Source of the DNA: Torpedo marmorata | Lineage: Eukaryota | Reading direction: 5' to 3' | DNA: 64,000 nucleotides | Assembly: GCA_977017645.1 (NCBI GenBank) | Contig: OZ360219.1 | Span: 254,200,001-254,264,000 of the forward strand | Shown: one piece after another, positions 60,532 to 64,000 of the stretch | Layout of the letters: the number at the start of each line of letters is the position of its first letter | Position numbering within the stretch: the stretch's first letter is position 1 | Position numbers and translations under genes: made by a program | The notes under the pieces: generated by a model | Seen by the model: only the letters and a program-made list of their open reading frames with translations | Databases searched by the model: none | Told to the model about the DNA's origin: nothing

Positions 60532-61337
60532 CAGTAACTCCCCGGGTTAAGAAATTCCGACTTATGGACAACTCGTACTTACGAACGGCAGTCAGGGCTA
60601 CCCAAGATGATGTGATGAGCTTAAGGGAGTTCTGGAGGAATTATAACATCTATGATGCCATCAAAAATATTGCTGATTCTTGGAATGAAGTGAAGCAGTC
60701 AAATATGAAAGGAGTGTGGAACAAATTGTGCCCCAATTTGCGCATGCTTTTCAGGGGTTTACAATTGACAACATCGCCGAAGCCAGGCAAGCTGTGGTTG
60801 ATATTGGTAATGAACTGCAGTTAGACATCAGTGAAAATGATGTCATAGAGTTACTCGACTCCCATGCTGAAGAACTAACCAATGAAGACCTTATGGAACT
60901 AGAGCAGCAGATGATAGCATTTGAGAAAGAAGAATGGGACCTAAAAACTCCAGAACCGAAAAAGTGTTTGATGAAAGAGTTAGCAGAAGCCTTTCGTCTT
61001 ATTGAAGCAGGGATGGCAAAGTTAGAGGAGCAAGATGCTAATACAGAGAGGTTCACCAAAGTTTACCGTACAGTTACCGAGGGCCTCAGCTGCTACAAGG
61101 CCATTTATGACGAGAAAAATAAAAGCTCTGTACAAACCTCCCTTGATGCCTACTTCAAGAAATTGACTCCAGTAGTTTTATATGCATAGAAAGGTAAAAT
61201 ATATACTATATACTAAGACAAACATTTGACTAACTGACGCTAAATAAGAACCGTATGTACCTGTTCCGACTTACCTACAAATTCGACTTAAAGACAGACT
61301 TAGGAATGGATCTCGTTCGTAACCTGGGGACTGCCTG
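60532..61337 (+). mobile_element. Internally deleted Tigger/pogo DNA transposon inserted in a CR1 3' end
   Basis: TA TSD at 60530-60531 and 61338-61339. Imperfect TIRs CAGTAACTCCCCGGGTTAAGAA and TTCGTAACCTGGGGACTGCCTG. Frameshifted TIGD1-like C-terminus (LREFWRNYNIYDAI..DVIELLDSHAEELTNEDL..QTSLDAYFKK). Confidence 0.88.
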
Positions 61338-63298
61338 TATTTCAGCCCACCCCATCCATGTTGACCGTTAAGCCCATTTACACTAATCCTCTTTGCTCAC
61401 ATTAAGACCGAATCTTCATATGCCTTGCCTATTTAAGTAGCTGTTTACGTGTAGTAGTTGTATCTGATTCCACCACCTTCTCTGGCAGTTTTTTCAAGAA
61501 ATCAGGCACTTTTTGCATGAAATAATTACCCCCTCAGATCCCCTTTAAAACTCCTGCCTCTCACCTTCAACTTCTGTCCAAGGATTTTTGATACCTACAG
61601 TACAATAGAAAAAAAAGATTTTGACAATCTATCCTATCTATGCTTCTTACAATCTTATATACTTCTCAAGGGCAATAATGGTTAAGTAAGAAATATTGGC
61701 TTTGCAAGAAATTTCATGATAATAACTGTGTTTGATTAAGAGAAAACAAGAGTGACTGCATTGAAAAGGGTATATCTTTAAAGTATTTGCTGAATCATTT
61801 ATAACAACAAGAATTACTTTACATAGCATTTACATATTTGAGATAAAATTCCTGGTTGCAAATATTTTTAAATGTAGAGAACAATTTAACAGTGAACTGA
61901 TTATTATTTTAACAACTTTTAATTGTAAAACTGCTAGGTGTAATTTTGTGTGCAAAGAATGTTTTATGGCATAACATGTGTTGGTTAATCAAGATTAGAG
62001 GATATATGTCGGAATATGAATGTGGGCTGAACAATAGTGAGGTTATAATTTCCTCTATAGACTTGGTGTAATGAAATTATAATCACTTACTTCATATAAA
62101 CCATTTATGATAAATGGCAAAAGAATTAGGTTTGGCCGAAGTGGGAGGATGAGGAGAAATGTCTCTCCCTTCCAAGTCATGATGTTCTGGAACAGACTAC
62201 TTGAAAAGCTATAAGAAGAGTCAAGGGGAATCAGACAAATACTTGAAAAGGAAAAACACAGCAAACTAAGGGAAAGTAGGACTAATTGCATTGATCGTTC
62301 AAAGATTGAATGCAGGCACAAAGAGTTGAGTATCCTTCTTTGAAGCTATGTGATTTGACAGTTATCGTCCAAAGTAAATCTCTTCCCTCTGCTGGCTGCA
62401 CCCAAGAGACAAATGTGGAGTGGATGCCATGTGCTGCCCTTTAGGGGGAATCTGGAAATTTAAGTTAGATTTAAAATGGAATTAGCATGAAAGAACAATC
62501 TTCAGCAGAATATTTTAAGGTATATTTAAAGTAGAATGAAAACTAGCCAGCTTCACTCATCTTGAAAGCATTCAGATTCATTCCTCTCAGCTGCAATTAG
62601 TACATGACTTTGAGAGATAAGAGGAATAGAGCACTTCATCCTCACCACACTGAATAAAATCATGGTAAGAATAAATCCAGGCCAAAACCACCCACAATGA
62701 TGCTATGATCCAAAAACCTTGAGTGAAATTATTCTTTTTTTCCACCCTATGTGCATTTGAATTTCTTCAGCATTAAGCCTGGGGAATTGTTTCTCTTCAG
62801 AATCAGAAGCAGAATTTATTGTCGTGAACAAGTCATGAAATTCGATGTTTTGTGGCAGCATCATAGTGCAAACATTCATATTATAACCATCTCATAATAA
62901 CAATACGCTACATTCTTCAATGCTCTGCTGCAATCTTAACAGTAAAGTAAAACAAAATTCTATCTGTGAATAAGCTAATTGATCGGAATTCCCACACACT
63001 GCTACTATCCGTTGGAATTTTTCTCTTCACTTTGCCACCTCCTACACCTTGACAAGTAAGCATCATGAAAACAATGGGGTAAATTTCATTCTCCCTGGTT
63101 GCCTGTGTCCTTCTTCATTCTGTTTCTTCTGGTGTGATCCTACGTGTGGCTGGCTCCAGTGACAGGAATGACACTGATGCCAGTAAGAACACCAAAACAA
63201 AACACTCCTCTCCCCTCCCCAACCTAAGTCCTGATTCACCAGCCGTCAAACATTGTTGCTCTGTAAAAATGTGTGCTAATTTCCTGGACATTCTAAAC

Positions 63299-63655
63299 CA
63301 GTGGTTTTCAAACTGCCCCCCTAAACTCACATTCCACCTTAAGCAATCCCTATGCCATAAGTGCTCTGTGATTAGTAAGGGATTGCTTAAGGTGGTATGT
63401 AAGTGGAAAGAAAAATTTGAAAACCACTGTTTTAATCGTACCTAATTAACTCATTTTGTGCACGGTTTCATAACTCCAAAGGAAATGGGCCAATGGCAAT
63501 TTTTCTCAAGCAAAATATTTCATTAACAATTGGGTCAAGAGCAGTTGTTCTCAACCTTCCCTTCCCACTCACATACCACCTTAAGCAATCCCTTACTAAT
63601 CACAGAGCACGCTTAAGGTGGAATGTGAGTCTGGGGGGCAGTTTGAAAACCACTG
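63299..63655. mobile_element. Composite hAT (Charlie-type) MITE: two inverted units around a 112-bp spacer
   Basis: Perfect 23-bp outer TIR CAGTGGTTTTCAAACTGCCCCCC. Units at 63299-63429 and 63542-63655. Flanks TTCTAAAC and TTCTAAGA match at 6 of 8 positions. Confidence 0.75.
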
Positions 63656-64000
63656 TTCTAAGACATTCACAATTAATCAGAATCTATCAAAATTAATTTC
63701 AAAGGATTAATTGCAAATAAGAGAAAAAAATGAATATTCACATCAATAAAAACCTTCAGTGAATTTGTTTCATTAACTTCAATGGGTTCCTTGTAATTGC
63801 AACAGGTTAACCTGGCCTGAGTTTGGAGAGTGGATTTTCCAACCTGAAAAGTCTTTGGAGTCCTCCAGCACAGTGCAGAGGTTCGTGCTCTCTCCTGTAA
63901 TACAGCTGCGGGCTCACTCACTGCGGGCAGCTCTGTCACAGATCTCACTGGGAGATTTGACTCATCTTTGGTCCTCTGAATTCCTTCAGTCCTTGACTGG

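Noticed and set aside
60564-61189. Domesticated TIGD gene
   Set aside because: Frameshifted, lacks the N-terminal DNA-binding domain and most of the DDE domain, and is bounded by TIRs and TA TSDs.

Overview
Eukaryotic (vertebrate) genomic DNA. The repeat families (V-SINE/HE1-like SINEs, CR1, Penelope, Rex1/Babar, Gmr1-like Gypsy) suggest a cartilaginous fish, probably a ray; this is inference. The window appears to lie entirely inside one minus-strand host gene, CELF4. Two RRM2 coding exons are visible, at 24281-24409 and 15753-15832, both with canonical splice sites; no other exon was found. The introns are packed with transposable elements. These include a young 5'-truncated L1 with an intact 1261-aa ORF2 and a 16-bp TSD, a full-length but decayed Gmr1-type Gypsy element (933-bp LTRs, tRNA-Pro PBS, CTCT TSD), nested LTR elements at the left edge, many CR1, Rex1 and Penelope fragments, an internally deleted Tigger, a Harbinger fossil and a composite hAT MITE. 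The most interesting signals are five: a compact 5S-rRNA-headed SINE whose tail resembles Rex1/Babar LINE ends; two other bipartite non-autonomous retroposons; short Penelope terminal pieces carrying degenerate minimal hammerhead ribozyme cores; a 210-bp identical block between otherwise diverged LTRs; and a composite inverted hAT MITE. Most short ORFs in the track are spurious. Boundaries of old repeats are approximate and family names come from recognition, not a database search. I cannot claim a wholly new biological system from sequence alone.
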